DNA of 64,000 bases from an uncultured Verrucomicrobiae bacterium (GCA_963719495.1 CAVRCI010000015.1:1-64000); one strand, 5' to 3'. Positions 38,598-48,736 are shown, numbered from the stretch's first letter. The notes: a model not told the origin generated them from the letters alone. Program-made: numbers and translations.

Positions 38598-39649
38598 GGC
38601 TTGGATTCCGACCGACGGTAAAGTGCGAAGACGACGCCGCCCAAAAAGTTCCACACGCTCCAACAGGCAAAGCCGCCGAGCGAGACGAGGACGGCGCTTT
38701 CCATCGGGATGTCGGCGAGGGCTTCGAGGAGGTATTCGAAGGTCTTCTCCCGGACGCCCAGACCGGCGACGGAGATCGGCAGGGAAATGAGCGCTTCGAC
38801 GACGGGCATGGCGGACAGGAAGGACGGCAGGGAAATCGAGACCGCGAGGGCGCGGGCGGCGGCGAAAAACGTGAAGTAGTAAGCGAAGAGCGCGACGAAC
38901 GAGACGGCGACGGCGGAGAGACTGGCCCGCCACTGGCTCCGCATCTCCGTGAAGGCGGCGTGCATGTCGTCGGCGACTTTTCCGAGGCTGGCGGGGATGG
39001 GGGCCCAAGGGGGAATCGGAAATTTCGACACCAGGATGCACAGCGCGATGCCGACGAAGGCAAGGGTGACGTAACCGATGACGAACCAGAACATCGTGGC
39101 GGTCACGGGGTTGGTCAGGAGAAGATCGGCGCGCGAAACGGTGAAGATGGCCGTCGCCGCGAGCAGGGCCCCGAGTCCGCTCATGTGGTCCATTGCCAGG
39201 CTCATGAAGGCAGTGGTCTTGCGGTGCGGGTATTCGCGCATGACGCAGACGGCCTTGGCGGCGTCGCCACCCGTGGCCCCGAGCAGAAAAAGGTCGAAGA
39301 AGCCGCCGATGAGGTAGATCGCGGTGACTCGTCGCCACGACAGGTGAAGGGCGAGCATTTCGAGAAAAATCCGCCAGCGGACGATTCCGGCGACCACGGC
39401 CACGCCCGCACTCGCGACGGCGACGGCGATCCAGATCGGATTCGCTCCGGACAGCAGTCGGGTCATCGTGCCATTTCCGCTCAGGTCGGAAAAAATCCAG
39501 TAGAGCAGCCCGCCGGAAATCGCGATCTGGATGAGCGAGACGAAAGTCCGGCGCGCCCGGGACGGGGCCGGCGTCTCGGTGGGATCGCTCGCAGGGACCG
39601 CCGCTTCGGTCGGGGCCTGGGTCGGAGGATCAACTGGCGGGCTCGTCAT
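38594..39649 (-). CDS. LPG-synthase-TM/UPF0104 flippase-like membrane protein
   Basis: RW, GGDAAK, LPISVAGLGVRE motifs. Confidence 0.85.
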   Translation of the reverse strand: MTSPPVDPPTQAPTEAAVPASDPTETPAPSRARRTFVSLIQIAISGGLLYWIFSDLSGNGTMTRLLSGANPIWIAVAVASAGVAVVAGIVRWRIFLEMLALHLSWRRVTAIYLIGGFFDLFLLGATGGDAAKAVCVMREYPHRKTTAFMSLAMDHMSGLGALLAATAIFTVSRADLLLTNPVTATMFWFVIGYVTLAFVGIALCILVSKFPIPPWAPIPASLGKVADDMHAAFTEMRSQWRASLSAVAVSFVALFAYYFTFFAAARALAVSISLPSFLSAMPVVEALISLPISVAGLGVREKTFEYLLEALADIPMESAVLVSLGGFACWSVWNFLGGVVFALYRRSESKP

Positions 39650-39741
39650 CGTTGGGAAGGTAGACAAATGAAACGACCCTTCGCGTGGGAGCGAGAGATA
39701 TTTTGTTTGCGTGAAACAATGTACCGATTGCATTTGCTTTC

Positions 39742-40100
39742 ATGAAGTTTCCGATCGCACTGGCACTTTGTCTATCCGGCGCGAGCGTCTGGGCGGGGGA
39801 CTGGGTGTATCAGATCCGGAAGCCGAATCCGCGGGCGCTTGCCCGGGCGGGAAGTATCTCCGGACGATCACGGGGTTCGGGGTGGAAGATCGGTTTTACG
39901 ACGAGACGAATCGTCAGTCGCGGGGCGATACGATTGACCGGCTCGCCAGCTTGAAGCGGGCCGTTCGTAAGAATAGGACCGGGCTGCGCGTGGATTACAT
40001 CGATTCAAGACCAGTTGGGCGGGCGTCGAGTGGCTCTGGGACGACCGACGTGGCAGTGGAGGGAGCGCGAGATCGTGTTGCCGAACCAGCCACTGAGAAT
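39742..40100 (+). pseudogene. Possible frameshifted secreted-protein gene
   Basis: Signal-peptide-like MKFPIALALCLSGASVWA, with coding-looking continuation in other frames. Confidence 0.3.
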
Positions 40101-40123
40101 GAAGAGGAGGCGGGGGATTTGGT

Positions 40124-41122
40124 TCATCGGAGAGCGGCGGTGCGTTGGTCGGCGGGGGCGATTGGATGGAAGACGGCGGTCTTGCCGCCGGGGAGATTGG
40201 TGTCGGTGGCGTTGAGCGTCTGAAGGCGGGTCAGGAGCGCGGAGACCTCCGCGGCGGGCGCGAGGGCGAGCAGGGATCGGTCGGCGCGGCGGTTGATGGC
40301 GCGGTTGAGGGTCGGCCAGACGAAGAGGGCGAGGAAGCACCAGGTGGTGACGATCGCGGGACCGAGGAAGGCGGATTGGATGGGAAACGGTGACGGGAAG
40401 CGGAGCGCGAGGGCGACGCCTCCGAGGATCCAGAGGGCGGCGATGGCCGTCGTCACGAGGCTGGCGCCGGAGCGGACGAACCAGTTCTCGCGCGCGACGA
40501 GGAGCGCGGCTTCGCGGGGCTTCAGCTGGCTTGCAACCGTGGTGGAGAGGCAGAGGTGGCGCGGTGGGAGCGGGCGGACGTAGCCGTTGACGGTCGTCGT
40601 CTCGGCGTTGTCGAACCAACGGATGGGGCGGGTGGGATGATCGAGCTTGGTCAGCTCGGCGGCGAGTTTGGTTTCGTAGGCGGCTTCCGGGGCGTCGGGT
40701 GGGGCGTGGAAACCGCTCGGTAGGCGGAGGAGGGCGACGGCGACGATGATCGCCGCGAGCGCGAAGAACGGCCCGGCCAGACCGGAACTGGCGGCGACGT
40801 AGAAGAACGTGAAAGCGATGACGAGGGCGAGGGCGTTGAGCGCTGAGGCACGGAGCCAGTCCGCGAGCCAGCCTTTGAGAGGCTGGGTGGTGCGGTCGAA
40901 GGCGGTTTCGGTCGTGTGGCCGACGAGGATCTCGAACGGCAGGTTGGCGAGCGGCCAGAGGATCGCGATGAGGGCGAAGACGGCGACGATCGGAAAATGG
41001 GCGGGAATGAGTGGAGCCCACCCGACGGCGGTGAGCGCGAGGACCCAGATCGCGCCGAGGTTGGTGCCGATGGAGGTGATCCCGGACCAGAGGCGGACGC
41101 GTTGGTAGGCGGTGGAATTCAT
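40124..41122 (-). CDS. Membrane protein resembling M48 (Ste24/HtpX) peptidases but lacking HExxH
   Basis: NGY, L.PREAALLVAREN, RRAD, L.RLQ.LN...HP...R pattern. Confidence 0.55.
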   Translation of the reverse strand: MNSTAYQRVRLWSGITSIGTNLGAIWVLALTAVGWAPLIPAHFPIVAVFALIAILWPLANLPFEILVGHTTETAFDRTTQPLKGWLADWLRASALNALALVIAFTFFYVAASSGLAGPFFALAAIIVAVALLRLPSGFHAPPDAPEAAYETKLAAELTKLDHPTRPIRWFDNAETTTVNGYVRPLPPRHLCLSTTVASQLKPREAALLVARENWFVRSGASLVTTAIAALWILGGVALALRFPSPFPIQSAFLGPAIVTTWCFLALFVWPTLNRAINRRADRSLLALAPAAEVSALLTRLQTLNATDTNLPGGKTAVFHPIAPADQRTAALR

Positions 41123-41188
41123 GGGAGTTTGAGGCTTCGCCTTCGGGCTGGTGATCGGCTGGAAGCCGATGGCACGAGCGTTAAATCC

Positions 41189-42514
41189 TCAGCCGTCGCC
41201 GATGGCCTCGTCGAGGACTTCGAGCATGAAGTCGACGTCGTCGGCGTTGACGCACATCGGGGGTTTGATTCGGAGGATATTGCCGTCCAATCCGCCCTTG
41301 CCGATGAGGAGTCCGAGGTCCTTGCAGCGCTCGAAGACTTCGAGGCACAGGGCTTTTGCGGGGGCTTTCGTCTCGCGGTCCTCGACGAGTTCGACGCCGA
41401 TCATGAGGCCGAGTCCGCGGACCTGGCCGATGGCGGGGTGGCGGTCCTGGAGCTTACGCAGTCCGGTGAGGAGGCGTTCGCCCATGGCCAGAGCGTTGGC
41501 TTGGAGACCGTCTTCTTCGATGACTTCGAGGACGGCTTTGCCCTGGGCGCAGGCCATAGGGTTGCCGCCGTAGGTGTTGAAGTGGACGCGGGCGGCGATG
41601 GTTTTCGCGATTTCGGGCGTGGTGACGACGGCTCCGAGCGGGAAGCCGTTGCCGATGCCTTTGGCCATTGTGACGATGTCGGGGATGACGCCCTGGGTCT
41701 CGAAGCCCCAGTAGTGACTGCCCGTGCGGCCGAAGCCGGATTGGACTTCGTCGGCGACGCAGAGGCCGCCCGCGTCGCGGACGTGGCGGTAGGCCTCCTT
41801 GAGGTAGTTTTCGGGGAAAACGACGGCCCCGCCGACGCCCTGGATCGACTCGGCGATGAAGCCGGCGATCTTCCCGGAGGTCGCGAAGCGGATGGTCTCG
41901 CGGATGTCTTCGGCGTAGAGCAGGCCCGAGCCGGGGTCGGTCCAGCGGCCGCGGTAGAGGTCGGGCGCAATGGCGTGGTGGATGCCGAAGGAGTGCGGGA
42001 CGTTGAACTTCCACGTGTGGTGGGAGGTGAGGCCCATCGTGGATTGCGAGCCGCCGTGGTAGCAGTTGCGCAGCGCGAGGAAATCGAAGCTCTCGGTGTA
42101 GGCGCGGGCCATGAGGAGCGCGAGGTCGTTGGCCTCGGAGCCGGAATTGGTGAAGTAGACGACCTTGAGATCACCCGGGAGCGTGGCCGCGAGCTTGGCG
42201 GCGTATTCCGAGATGTTCGGGTGCAGGTAAATGGTGGTGGTGTGCTGGAGGAGTTCGTTCTGGCGGTTGAGGGCGGCGACGACCTTGGGGTGGCAATGCC
42301 CAACGCTGACCGTGACGATGCCGCCGAACGCGTCGAGGAAACGGCGTCCCGTCTCGTCGTAGAGGTATTGCATCTTCCCTTCCACGATCATGATCGGCTC
42401 TTTGTAGAACATGAAAATGCCCGGGTTGACGTGCTGGGCGCGGAGGGCGCGGACCTCGGCTTTCGTCGGGCCGGTGTAGGGAGTGGGCGTGTGATCGAAG
42501 GGCGGAAGAGTCAT
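41189..42514 (-). CDS. Class III aminotransferase (AGXT2/PydD-like)
   Basis: GHCHP, NSGSEAND, YHG, DEVQSGFGRTG, MAKGIGNG; coupled to NCS1. Confidence 0.9.
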   Translation of the reverse strand: MTLPPFDHTPTPYTGPTKAEVRALRAQHVNPGIFMFYKEPIMIVEGKMQYLYDETGRRFLDAFGGIVTVSVGHCHPKVVAALNRQNELLQHTTTIYLHPNISEYAAKLAATLPGDLKVVYFTNSGSEANDLALLMARAYTESFDFLALRNCYHGGSQSTMGLTSHHTWKFNVPHSFGIHHAIAPDLYRGRWTDPGSGLLYAEDIRETIRFATSGKIAGFIAESIQGVGGAVVFPENYLKEAYRHVRDAGGLCVADEVQSGFGRTGSHYWGFETQGVIPDIVTMAKGIGNGFPLGAVVTTPEIAKTIAARVHFNTYGGNPMACAQGKAVLEVIEEDGLQANALAMGERLLTGLRKLQDRHPAIGQVRGLGLMIGVELVEDRETKAPAKALCLEVFERCKDLGLLIGKGGLDGNILRIKPPMCVNADDVDFMLEVLDEAIGDG

Positions 42515-43989
42515 GAATTGCGGATTGCGGATTGCGGATTGCGGATTTTTGAAAGTGCGAGGTGGAGGGCGAAGGCGATTCCGAAGCCGGAGAACCAACT
42601 GTAGCTGTAGAGGGATACGAAGAAAGTCGGGACCTGGTTGGTGGTGAGGGCGTTGATTGCGACGAGGAAGCCGGGGACGTGCGGGGCGATCGCGAGGAAG
42701 AGGGCGGCGAGGGCGCGGAGGTTGAAGCCGCGGGTGAAGGTGTAGATGCCGTCGGGTTGGTAGAGCGCGTCGGCGTCGAGGCTTTGTTTTCGGACGAGGA
42801 AGTAGTCAGCGATCATGATGCCGCCGATGGGACCTAGCAGGGCGCTGTAGCCAATGAGCCACGCGAAAATGGTGCCCTCGGCGACGAGTTTCCACGGGAA
42901 GACGAGGATGCCGAGCGCCCCGGTGATGAGGCCGCCGATTTTGAAACTGATGTGGCGGGGGAGAAGGTTGGAGAAATCGTTGGCGGGCGAGACGACGTTG
43001 GCGGCGATGTTGGTCGTGAGGGTCGCGATGACGAGGGCGATCAGGCCGGGGACGACGATCCACGGGCTGTCGAAGCGGCCGAGCAGCGCGACGGGGTCGG
43101 CGATGGCTTCGCCGAAGACGACGACCGTGGCGCTGGTGGTCGCGATGCCGATGAAGGCGTAGAGCGCCATGGTGCCGGGCATGCCGATGCCCTGGCCGAG
43201 GACCTGATCGCGCTGGCTTTTCGCGAAGCGGGAGAAGTCGGGGATGTTGAGCGAGAGGGTGGCCCAGTAACCGACCATCGCGGTGAGGCCGGGGATGAAG
43301 ACGGGCCAGAACTCGCCGACGGTCGCGAATTTCGACGGTTGACTCAACATCGGTCCGAACCCGTCGGCGGCGAACCACGCCCACCCGAGGAGGCCGAAGC
43401 CGACGGCGAGGAGGAAGGGCGCGCCGAGCGCTTCGAGCCAACGGATGCAGTCGATGCCGCGCACGACGACGGCCATGTTGATGACCCAGAAGATCATGAA
43501 GCACGTGAACTGGCCGCCGGAGATGCCGAGGATCGGGAGCGGCGTCGCGGCGGCGGCGTCGAATCCGGCGACGATGGCGGTCATCTGGTAGATCGCGCTG
43601 CCGCCGATCCACGTCTGGATGCCGAACCACCCGCAGGCGACGATGGCGCGCATGAGGGCAGGGATGTTAGACCCGAAAACGCCGAAGGACGAGCGGAGGA
43701 GGACCGGGAAGGGGATGCCGTAGGCGGTGCCGGCGCGGGCGTTGAGCGCGAGCGGGACGAGGACGATGAGGTTGCCGAGGAGGACGGTGAGGGTGGCCTG
43801 CCACCAATTCATGCCGGCGTCGATGAGGCCGCCGGCGATCATGTAGGTCGGAATGCAGACGGCCATGCCGACCCAGAGAGCGGCGATGTGCCACTTGCCC
43901 CAGGTGCGCTCGGTCAGCGGGACCGGGGCGAGGTCGGGATTCCAGAGGGAGGTAGCGGGAGCGGTGGCGGGGGGCGGAACGGACGGCAT
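42511..43989 (-). CDS. NCS1 nucleobase:cation symporter
   Basis: LWNPDLAP, GIPFPV, CGWFGIQTW, LNIPDFSRF, NIAANVVSP. Confidence 0.93.
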   Translation of the reverse strand: MPSVPPPATAPATSLWNPDLAPVPLTERTWGKWHIAALWVGMAVCIPTYMIAGGLIDAGMNWWQATLTVLLGNLIVLVPLALNARAGTAYGIPFPVLLRSSFGVFGSNIPALMRAIVACGWFGIQTWIGGSAIYQMTAIVAGFDAAAATPLPILGISGGQFTCFMIFWVINMAVVVRGIDCIRWLEALGAPFLLAVGFGLLGWAWFAADGFGPMLSQPSKFATVGEFWPVFIPGLTAMVGYWATLSLNIPDFSRFAKSQRDQVLGQGIGMPGTMALYAFIGIATTSATVVVFGEAIADPVALLGRFDSPWIVVPGLIALVIATLTTNIAANVVSPANDFSNLLPRHISFKIGGLITGALGILVFPWKLVAEGTIFAWLIGYSALLGPIGGIMIADYFLVRKQSLDADALYQPDGIYTFTRGFNLRALAALFLAIAPHVPGFLVAINALTTNQVPTFFVSLYSYSWFSGFGIAFALHLALSKIRNPQSAIRNS

Positions 43990-44048
43990 GGGGACGGCTG
44001 GGATTGTGGGAAGCAATTCGGGTGCCGGGTGGGGGTAGGGCAGCGTTT

Positions 44049-44084
44049 ACCGATAAAACGTAACGGCCGTTACGTTTTATCGGT
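44049..44084. promoter_or_regulatory. Perfect 36-bp palindrome upstream of the NCS1 operon
   Basis: accgataaaacgtaacgg|ccgttacgttttatcggt. Confidence 0.6.
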
Positions 44085-44193
44085 TGATTCGAGACGGCAG
44101 ATTTCCCGCGGTCGCGGGGGGGGCAGCTTGGCGGGAGGTTGGCGTTGCCCGCGGCTCGCGAGGGCGCTCGCTCTCCCGGGCGGGAGCGTGGGT

Positions 44194-45129
44194 TCAGCGA
44201 GGCTCGGTGACGAGGTCGCGTTCGGGGAACTGGAAATCCTTCAGGTCGATGCTGCTCGAGGGGTAGGCGTCGGCAACGGCGGTGGTGGCGTTGCCGAAAA
44301 CGATGATGGCGGTCTTCCAGCGGTTGGCTCCGCGGTCGATTTCCTCCGGGATCGGGAAATAGATTTCGAAGTCCTCACCGTCGGACCAGCGGGCGGGGAG
44401 GGCGGCGTAGGTGCCGCCGCGGTTGACCTCGACCTGGGGTGGCTTCTTCCACTCCAAGAGCTTGGAGCCCGATCCGTCGTAGAAGTAGGCGCGGGCGTAG
44501 AAGCCGCCAGCTTCGCTGCCGGAATCGATCCGGGCGACGACTTTGAGCGTGTTGAGGCCGTTCTTCCATTCCTTGCCGACCCAGGCGTTCATGCCGTTGC
44601 GGAAGCGGGAGATTCGCTTGATGACCGGGACGGCGGTGACGCTGGGATCGCCCTCGCGTTTTTTGGTCGCGGTGAGTTCGAAGTTTTCGGCTTTCGCCGA
44701 GGAGGGGTAGGCGGAGAGGGCGGTGGAGCCGCCGTTGGAGATTTCGACGACGAACGTTTTCCAGCGCGATCCGGAATCGGTGGCGGATGGCGGGACCGCG
44801 AAAAAGACTTCGTAGGTTTTGCCAGCGGCGAGGTTGGACGGAAGCGATTGGTAATTGCCGGACGTCACTTCCGTGCGGGGCGGCTTGTCGAACGTGGCGA
44901 GCGGTTGGCCGTCGGAATCGAAGAAGCCGGCTTTGAAGGCGGGCGTGCCGGGAATGGGTTCGTCGACGGTGAAGCGGACGCGCATCGTGTCGAGTCCGGT
45001 GTGCCAGCCGTTGTCGACGAAGGACCAACCGGCGGAGCGGCCGCGATCGATGGTGCGGACGTTGATCGGATCGGCGACCGCGAGCGAGATGGTGACGAGC
45101 AGGGCGGCGAGGGAGATTGGGAGGCGCAT
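44194..45129 (-). CDS. Secreted hypothetical protein with two tandem homologous domains
   Basis: Signal peptide; W..GL.T...A.F(F/Y)D..G..L....KPP..EV...Y..LP...RWKT occurs twice. Confidence 0.8.
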   Translation of the reverse strand: MRLPISLAALLVTISLAVADPINVRTIDRGRSAGWSFVDNGWHTGLDTMRVRFTVDEPIPGTPAFKAGFFDSDGQPLATFDKPPRTEVTSGNYQSLPSNLAAGKTYEVFFAVPPSATDSGSRWKTFVVEISNGGSTALSAYPSSAKAENFELTATKKREGDPSVTAVPVIKRISRFRNGMNAWVGKEWKNGLNTLKVVARIDSGSEAGGFYARAYFYDGSGSKLLEWKKPPQVEVNRGGTYAALPARWSDGEDFEIYFPIPEEIDRGANRWKTAIIVFGNATTAVADAYPSSSIDLKDFQFPERDLVTEPR

Positions 45130-45183
45130 CGGTTGGCTGGATACCGAATCACGCGAAGGTCGGGAAGCAGGAAAACCGGGGCG

Positions 45184-47370
45184 TCAGCGGGCGCGGCTCT
45201 GGAGGAACATGCGGGCCTGCTCGATGTTTTCGAGGCTGAGGAGGCGGTCGCGGTTCTTTTGGTCGCCGCAGAAGCGGGCGATCTCGGCCAGGGTGGCCAG
45301 GTGGCCTTCGGGGTCGCCGGCTGGGCTGATGAGGAAGAAGACGAGGCGGATGGGCTCGTTTTCGCCGGGGAGGGCGAGGCCCTCCGGGAGGCGGGCGAAG
45401 ATGCAGAGTCGGTTCGGATTGCTGCGATTGTAGATGTGGGGGATCGCGATGCCGTGGCCGATGATGTTGGGGACGAGCTTCCCGGGTTGGGTGATCTCGC
45501 TGAGGCTCTCGTCCTTCGAGATGGAGGGGATGAGCTCGACGGCGATTTCGAGGATTTGCTCGTAGAGGTGGTGGAGGTCGGTGGCGGCGAGATCGACGGC
45601 GGATCCGGCCTGGAGGCTGCGGGAGAGGAAGCCGGCGTCGCGCTCGAGGACGAGGACGCGGTCGCCCTTCTGCACGACGTCGCTGTCCTTGCGATTGGTG
45701 ACGGGGCGGGCGAGGCCCTTGCGGGCGATGACAAGTGGGAATCCGCCGATGTCGGAGCCGTCGGATGTGGCGCTCCAGACGCGGGCTTCGCCGTCGACGA
45801 GCTCGGCGGAGATGACGGTGGGGCGGGCGAGGCCGGGAAAGGCGATGTCGCCCACCTGGCCGCGGTCGTCGGAGGTGAGGTCGCGGTTGCCGCTCCAGCG
45901 GTAGACGGATTCGTGGATGTCGAGGGCGTCGCCCCAGCGCTGGCAGAGGAGTTCGTTGAGTTCGGTGTTGTCGGTGAGCGCGAGGAGGTGGCCGACTTTG
46001 AGAAATTCGCCGCGTTCCTCAATGAGGTCGACGTTGCGGGCGTCCTCGCAGATGGCGGGGAGGCCGCCGCGCTTGGCTTCGGCGATCAGGCGGGAGTTCG
46101 TGTCGATGAGGAGGACATCGAGCTTCGCTTCGTCGCGGAGGAATCGGGCGATGCGGCGGTTGATCGCGCTGGCTCCGGCGATCATCCAACCGGTCGGGTC
46201 GGGCCGCTTGAGGCCGAGGAGTCGGGCGACCCAGCCGGCGGAGAAGCCCTGGAGAATGACCGTCGCGACGATCGTCGAATAGGTGAGGGTTTCGATGAGT
46301 TCCGGGTTGCCGGAAAGGCTTTCGTCGCCCTCCAACCCGAGGGCAAACAGGGAGGCCATCGAGGCGGCGACGATGCCGCGGGGGGCAACCCAGGAGAGGA
46401 AGAGGCGCTCCTTGAACGTGAGATCGGTGCCCCACGTCGAGACGATGATGTTGAGCGGTCGGATGATGAAGACGATGGCGGCGACGACGAGGACGCCCTC
46501 CCAGCCGGCGTCGGCGAACTGGCTGAGCTCGAGACGTCCCGCGAGGACGATGAAGAGGAGGCCGATGAGGAGGTCGGTGATCTCGGCTTTGAACTGGCGG
46601 ATCTGCTTGAGCTCGGCGGGCTGGAGCACGCCGACGACGAATCCGGCGACGGTCACCGCGAGCAGGCCCGCCTCGGAGATAATGAACTCGGCCACTCCGA
46701 AAATCGCCATCGCGCCACCGAGCGCGAAGGCGTTTGCGAGGTTGCGGGGGACGAGTTGCCAGCGGAAGGCCTGCACGATGCCCCAACCTCCGATGACGCC
46801 CAGGATGATGCCGGACGCGGAACGCAGCGCGAAATTTCCGAAGACGCGCCCGCCGTCGTGACCCACGATCCACTCGTAGCAGAGCAGGGCGATGAAAACG
46901 CCGATCGGATCGATCATGACACCTTCCCAGTGGAGGATATCGTGGAGGCGCTGCTTGACCTTGATTCGTTTGAGGAGGGGCGCGATGACCGTTGGTCCCG
47001 TCACGATGACGAGACTGCCCGCGAGGAGCGAAAAGGCCCAACTGACGTTGAAAAGAACGCCGACGCACAGCGACACGCCCAGCCACGTCGTGATGACGCC
47101 CACGGTGAGAAGCCGCGGAATGACCTTCGATCCGGCCGTGTAACCGCGCAGATCGAGGGTGAGTCCGCCTTCGAAGAGAATGAGTCCGACGGCCAGCGAG
47201 ACGATCACCGAGAGGATTGGGCCGAGGCTCTCCGGGTCCGTGACGCCAAGGCACTCGGGTCCGAGAACGACTCCGCCGAGCAGCAGCAGCACGATGCCGG
47301 GGAAATTTAATTGCCGCGCGATGACGATGAAAAAAATCCCCGCCGCGATGGCGACCGCCAGCGTTTGCAT
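45184..47370 (-). CDS. CPA1 cation:proton antiporter fused to TrkA-N-like and PTS EIIA-like domains
   Basis: LFEGGL, TGPTV, WEGVMIDP, APRGIVAAS; C-terminal GIAIPH. Confidence 0.88.
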   Translation of the reverse strand: MQTLAVAIAAGIFFIVIARQLNFPGIVLLLLGGVVLGPECLGVTDPESLGPILSVIVSLAVGLILFEGGLTLDLRGYTAGSKVIPRLLTVGVITTWLGVSLCVGVLFNVSWAFSLLAGSLVIVTGPTVIAPLLKRIKVKQRLHDILHWEGVMIDPIGVFIALLCYEWIVGHDGGRVFGNFALRSASGIILGVIGGWGIVQAFRWQLVPRNLANAFALGGAMAIFGVAEFIISEAGLLAVTVAGFVVGVLQPAELKQIRQFKAEITDLLIGLLFIVLAGRLELSQFADAGWEGVLVVAAIVFIIRPLNIIVSTWGTDLTFKERLFLSWVAPRGIVAASMASLFALGLEGDESLSGNPELIETLTYSTIVATVILQGFSAGWVARLLGLKRPDPTGWMIAGASAINRRIARFLRDEAKLDVLLIDTNSRLIAEAKRGGLPAICEDARNVDLIEERGEFLKVGHLLALTDNTELNELLCQRWGDALDIHESVYRWSGNRDLTSDDRGQVGDIAFPGLARPTVISAELVDGEARVWSATSDGSDIGGFPLVIARKGLARPVTNRKDSDVVQKGDRVLVLERDAGFLSRSLQAGSAVDLAATDLHHLYEQILEIAVELIPSISKDESLSEITQPGKLVPNIIGHGIAIPHIYNRSNPNRLCIFARLPEGLALPGENEPIRLVFFLISPAGDPEGHLATLAEIARFCGDQKNRDRLLSLENIEQARMFLQSRAR

Positions 47371-47565
47371 GGCGGCGTGGGAGACGGGCAGATTCAAATC
47401 CGCCGCGGCCAGAAAGGGTGCAAAAGATCCGATCACGCTTCGAAAAAGTGGCTTCGCTGGTAGGTCGTTTTCGGCATCGGCGGGGAGTGTCGGCGAAGGT
47501 TTTCGGAATAGCCAGTGCGGATCCACGTGTCGGCGCGGGCGTTTTTTTGGTAAAGCCGTCGGGGT

Positions 47566-47922
47566 ATGTTGCGGATTTACGTTCTTGAAAATTGCGACAC
47601 GTGCCGTCGGGCCGTGAGGTATCTCAACGATCGCGGAGTGGCCTTCGAAGCGGTGCCGATCCGGGATCAGGCACCGACGCTTGAGGAGTTGAAGCTCGTC
47701 CTGCGGGACATGGGCGGGGAGATCCGGGGACTCTTCAACGTGTCGGGGCGGGCTTACCGCGAGGCCGGGCTCGCCGCGCGGTTGCCGACGCTTTCGGTCG
47801 ACGAGGCGTTCGCGGAATTGGCGGCGGATGGGAATCTGGTGAAACGACCTTTCGCGGTCGACGGGACGCGGGGTATGGCCGGATTCGACCCGGATCGGTG
47901 GGGGGAATTGTTCGTCCCGTAA
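47566..47922 (+). CDS. ArsC/Spx (YffB-like) family protein
   Basis: NCDTCRRA, FNVSG..YR, LVKRP. Confidence 0.88.
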   Translation: MLRIYVLENCDTCRRAVRYLNDRGVAFEAVPIRDQAPTLEELKLVLRDMGGEIRGLFNVSGRAYREAGLAARLPTLSVDEAFAELAADGNLVKRPFAVDGTRGMAGFDPDRWGELFVP

Positions 47923-48039
47923 GCGGGTTTGGCTCACGCCAACCTTCCGAAGAAATCAGACTCTGGCGGCTGAATATGAATCGGCTTTCAGCCGATTTTG
48001 GTTTGGCGATCGGCTGGAAGCCGATTCCACGGGCGTTGG

Positions 48040-48660
48040 TCATTCGGCGGGTTTTGGGGTGGGTTCTGTCGACCCACGCATCCAATCGGCGACACCCGCC
48101 GTCGGGTCAGCCTGCGCTTTGACCTGAGTGAGGATGCCACGGGCGTTGGCGGCGTTCGGGCTGGTCGGGAAGCGGCGCAGGTAATCCTCGAGCAGCTCGG
48201 CGGCGCGGGGAGCGTCACCGAGTTTTTCCATCTGGATCGTGGCGGCGTTGAAGAAACTGATCTCGTGCCGGGGATCCTGGCGCTGGGCGATCTCGTATTG
48301 GGCGATGGCGTCGTTCGGCTGGTTGCTGAAGCGGTAGCAATTCCCGAGGTCGGTGCGGACGTCGGCGTTGTCGAGGCCGAGGGCGATCGTGCGCTGGTAG
48401 AGCTCGATGGCGCGGGGCCACTCCTGGCGGTCGTAGGCCTGGTTGGCGGCGGTGAGGGTCTCGGCGGGAGATTGGGGCGACGTCGTCGGGGCCGACGTGG
48501 TGGGAATCGGCGGGAGCGCGTGCGTCGCGGTGGATGGGGCGGGCGGCGGGAGCGGGGTGGAATCTTGGCGGAGAACGAGCCAGGTCGTCAGCACGCCGGC
48601 GGCGAAGGCGACGACGGCCGTGAGTAGGATGGACGGGAGCGTGACGGAAGGTGCGGCCAT
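48040..48660 (-). CDS. Membrane-anchored TPR protein
   Basis: N-terminal TM, TPR-like helices (NADVRTDLGNCY). Confidence 0.8.
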   Translation of the reverse strand: MAAPSVTLPSILLTAVVAFAAGVLTTWLVLRQDSTPLPPPAPSTATHALPPIPTTSAPTTSPQSPAETLTAANQAYDRQEWPRAIELYQRTIALGLDNADVRTDLGNCYRFSNQPNDAIAQYEIAQRQDPRHEISFFNAATIQMEKLGDAPRAAELLEDYLRRFPTSPNAANARGILTQVKAQADPTAGVADWMRGSTEPTPKPAE

Positions 48661-48736
48661 GGGTGGGAAAGTGTCACCCGAACCGGACGCGGCGCAAGTC
48701 GGGGGTGGGGCGGCGGCGGATTCTTGCGAATTTTGT

